DNA from: Anthoceros angustus
Lineage: Eukaryota > Plantae > Anthocerotophyta
NCBI GenBank assembly: GCA_010909165.1
Contig: MU008192.1
Coordinates: 186,001 to 250,000 of the forward strand
Direction: 5' to 3'
Length of the DNA stretch: 64,000 nucleotides
Below are positions 60,801 to 64,000 of this stretch, piece after piece. Every line of letters begins with the position of its first letter. The stretch's first letter is position 1. Under the pieces are notes generated by a model. That model was given only the letters and a program-made list of their open reading frames with translations. It made no database searches and was not told the DNA's origin. The translations under genes were made by a program, and so were the position numbers.

Positions 60801-60996
60801 GTATCGCCTACGCTGGAGCACGAGCAGCAAAACGCATGAGAGCACAAGAGAATTACACATTAAGATCAAGAAAGGTATATAAAAGAGTGAGAGTATTGTA
60901 ACCGTTTTTAAAGCTAATAAGTTATCGATGACCTAACCCTAATGAAACGTTAATAAAACTAGAGTTAGGTATGAACTAAAAATATATTATCCAATA
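57729..60996 (-). mobile_element. Young, internally deleted Copia element C with TA...TA LTR termini, nested in B
   Basis: 203-bp LTRs at 57729-57931 and 60794-60996 with 2 mismatches seen. TSD CTAGG at 57724-57728 and 60997-61001. PBS (gctctgatacca) and PPT (ccccccctcag) abut the LTRs. Internal region has RT and RNase H but only a gag stub. Confidence 0.95.
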
Positions 60997-63900
60997 CTAG
61001 GGCTACACAATTGTTGGAAGTAGTCCATTCAGATATATGTAGACCAATGTCCTCTCACTCTTTTGGCGGAGCAATCTATTTTCTCTCCTTCCTAGATGAA
61101 TGGAGTCACTACTGCCAGCTATATTTCCTACATAGCCGCCAGCAGACTTTTTCCAAGTTTACTGAATATGCAGCTATGGCAGAAGCACAAACATGACATG
61201 TTATTAAACGGCTGCATAGTGACAACGCCAAGGAATATCTGAGTGCAGAATTCACAAATTTCTGCAAACAAAAGAGGGTCATACATCAGCTCACTATCCC
61301 CTATCATCCACCACAAAATCCCTACGTTGAAAGATATAACAAGACAATTCAGGAAAGGACAAGGGCAACTCTTACAGCCGCTGGACTTACAAGGGGATAT
61401 TGGGCTGAAGCAGTGGATTCAGTCAATTATGTGGCCAGCAGATTGCCTCTGAAACCACTCTATGACACCACTCCCTATCAAAGGTGGACTGGCAACAAGC
61501 CTCGGATCAGCCATCTCAGGACGTTTGGCGCCTCAGCCTATGCTTTTGTACTTGAGGATAAAAGACGAAAATGGACAACAAGGCCACCAAGCATATCTTT
61601 GTAGGATACTCAGATTCTGTTAAGGGATACAAACTATATAACCCCTTAACAAAAGAATTGACCATTGCCAGAAGTGTAAGTTTCAATGAGTCTTACATTT
61701 TGAAGTCTCATCTCCATGCTGTATCTTGCCATGATATGCTGCCACCAGCGTCTGTCCATGGGCATACACCTCAGTCAGTTTTCAATCAAGATTATGATAC
61801 AAATGCTGAGGATTATCATGAATCACTCTATGAACCTGATGAGGCTACAGACAATTTACATATTCCAGCAATTGCTCTTCCTCCAGATCTGGATCCAATT
61901 ATTGCTGACCAGGACATACAAGAGATCCAGCCACCAGATCTGCAATTTCCATATTTGAATTATGAACATGAGCCTGATCCTGCACAGGAAGAAATTTTAG
62001 ATCAGCCTAATCAACCAAACTCAGAGATGAATTTTCAGGCTGCACATGATCCCTTACCTCTTCGCCGTTCAGCCAAGCCGCATAGACCTAGATCTGAATG
62101 GTTTGAGCCTCCTTATGTACCAAGCGATAGTTTTGTTTCTTGCCCAAGCTATAGTGCGATGGTAAGCGGACAATGTGCCTCCCTAACACAAATGGCACAC
62201 CACATGGCATTGCTATGGAGCCACGGATACTCCTATGACTTATAAAAGAAGCACTCTCATCACCGCAAAAGGCGAATGAAAAGGCTATAGGCGGTGAATA
62301 CGGTCCTTGATAGAAAACAAGACGTGGAAACTAGTAAAATTACCTGCAGGACGTAAGGCTATTTCGTCTAAATGGGTCTTTAAATTAAAGCTCGACCCTG
62401 ATGGGACAGTAACTCGTTATAAAGCCCGTTTAGTAGCCCGTTGACACACACAAGTTCAGGGACTTGACTACGATGAAACATTCAGTCCAGTGTTTAAACC
62501 AACATCCATGTGCATCCTGCTTTGTTATGCCATCCAGACCCATCTATTAGTCCACCAAATGGACGTTAAGACAGCTTTCTTGAATGGACCACTAGACACA
62601 GTTATTTTCATGCAGCAGCCGGAAGGATACATTCTGGACCCTTCTCTGGTCTGCGAACTGCTCCAATCCTTATACGGGCTTAAGCAATCAGCCCGCATTT
62701 GGAACGATAGGGCTGCCGCAAAACTCAAGGCATTAGGTTTTGTGCCACTAACTGCTGATTGCAGTGTATTCATTCTGCGAACAGCACAAGACTTGTGTAT
62801 TATTGCGTTATATGTAGATGATAATTTCATCTTTGCCAGCAGCCAGGAAGTCATGACCAGGATTAAGAAGAACTTATCTGATGAGTGGGACATGACGGAT
62901 GTCGGTCCTCTTCGATTTGCCCTTGGGATACAGTTCCACTTTAATCCAATAGACTCCTCAGTAACCCTGCACCAGGAACATTTTATCAAGCAGATACTAA
63001 CCAAGTTCAAGTTAGAAGATATAAATCCAGTTGGTACACCTGTTGCGGCAGGTGAGAAATTATCTTTACAGGACTTGAGGTCGTCGGTAGCCTCCTCTAC
63101 TTGGCAGGATGGACACGACCTGATATATCACAAGCAACAAGGATTGTATCAAGATATCTATCTAATCCGGGCAAACGTCATTGGGTAGCTGTTAAAAGAA
63201 TCCTACTCTATCTCAAAGGGACCAGAGACTTATGGCTAAAATACACCAAGGCCACAAATTTTATCCTAACCTGCTACTCGGATGCAGATTGGGCAGGCGA
63301 TGTTGATGGTCGAAAATCAATTGTAGCTTACTGCACCTTGCTCTGTGGATCAGCAGTAAGTTGGCCCTGCCACCTGCAAACCCAGCACACATGTTATACA
63401 CGGCCACAGGAGAGACCAGCACACTGGACAAGGCCACAAGACAGATTCATCACAGGACGCACCTGCAGCACCCTGGAGGAAGCTCAACTACGATCTAATC
63501 AGTGTGCAGCAGCGGCAAATCCTCACCAATCCTTTTTCTTCTTCACGGCGATATGCCATTTGATGCGGGGCGTGGTACCCATGCCTCTCAGGCGAGACTC
63601 AGCGGTCGTATAATGGTGCCTCTCTTGCGCTGCGAGCAGGCGGCCTTCGCCACCTTCACCCGATCTAATTGTGGCGGCGACCATGTGATGTGGTGCGAGT
63701 AGCCGAGATCGGATCACACACACCATCGGGGAGCGGCAATAAGCCGGGCGGATCGGGGATCGCGCTGCCACAGCGCTCCCGCGCTTACATAGCGGCCGCG
63801 ACGCCTGCGGCGCTGGCCACCATCTCACGCCCGGCTTGCTGGCGGCCATCCCGTGATCGAGTTTTGGCCGTCCCAATGATCGAGTTTTCGCGGCCGTCCA

Positions 63901-64000
63901 CGAGCGGTCGAAGCCAGTCCTCAATCCCAGTGGATAAGGCATGGCCCGCCCGATATTTCATATATCATTTTTTTACCACCCTTGCGGTTTACCTATGATC

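Larger units (their letters stand above)
53822..63365 (+). mobile_element. Ty1/Copia retrotransposon B (no LTRs identified; interrupted by element C; 3' truncated in RNase H)
   Basis: Intact gag-protease-GAG-pre-integrase ORF at 56148-57728 (CCHC knuckle, WFLDSGG, LWHSRLCH). Integrase resumes at 61002 (LLEVVHSDIC). RT at about 62300-63100 (QMDVKTAFLNG, YVDD). RNase H ends at GSAVSW. Confidence 0.92.

Noticed and set aside
63370-64000. GC-rich stretch with short ORFs after the truncated RNase H
   Set aside because: Not identifiable, and cut by the window edge.

Overview
Gene-dense eukaryotic nuclear DNA from a non-seed land plant, most likely a hornwort (Anthoceros-like). This is inferred from short ~70-120 bp GT-AG introns, very tight gene spacing, and two PPR proteins with the KPAxA/HAE DYW:KP deaminase variant ending GRP and DRN. 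Genes: partial PPR-DYW:KP (1-558), GH1 beta-glucosidase pseudogene, PetM, TOP3A, a divergent PEBP protein, LPA2, ALKBH1, an unknown plastid membrane protein, three AOR/quinone-oxidoreductase paralogues (the third split by a Copia element), a full PLS-PPR-E-DYW:KP gene, pectin acetylesterase, a GH27 glycosidase, VPS25, MDAR, mtHD, PCC1 and PA200. Mobile DNA: two nested transposon complexes (22.4-29.3 kb and 53.8-63.4 kb) plus Copia and Gypsy remnants. Highlights: (1) the DYW:KP editing factor at 31.9-34.8 kb has an N-terminal PDF motif of OSB-type organellar ssDNA-binding proteins; (2) a 5'-truncated RLE-type (CRE-like) non-LTR element with an exact 10-bp TSD; (3) a young non-autonomous Copia with TA...TA LTR termini; (4) three normally intron-rich genes are intronless; (5) three tandem duplications, two of which look like long-read assembly artefacts. 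Internal exon boundaries were read by eye and are approximate.
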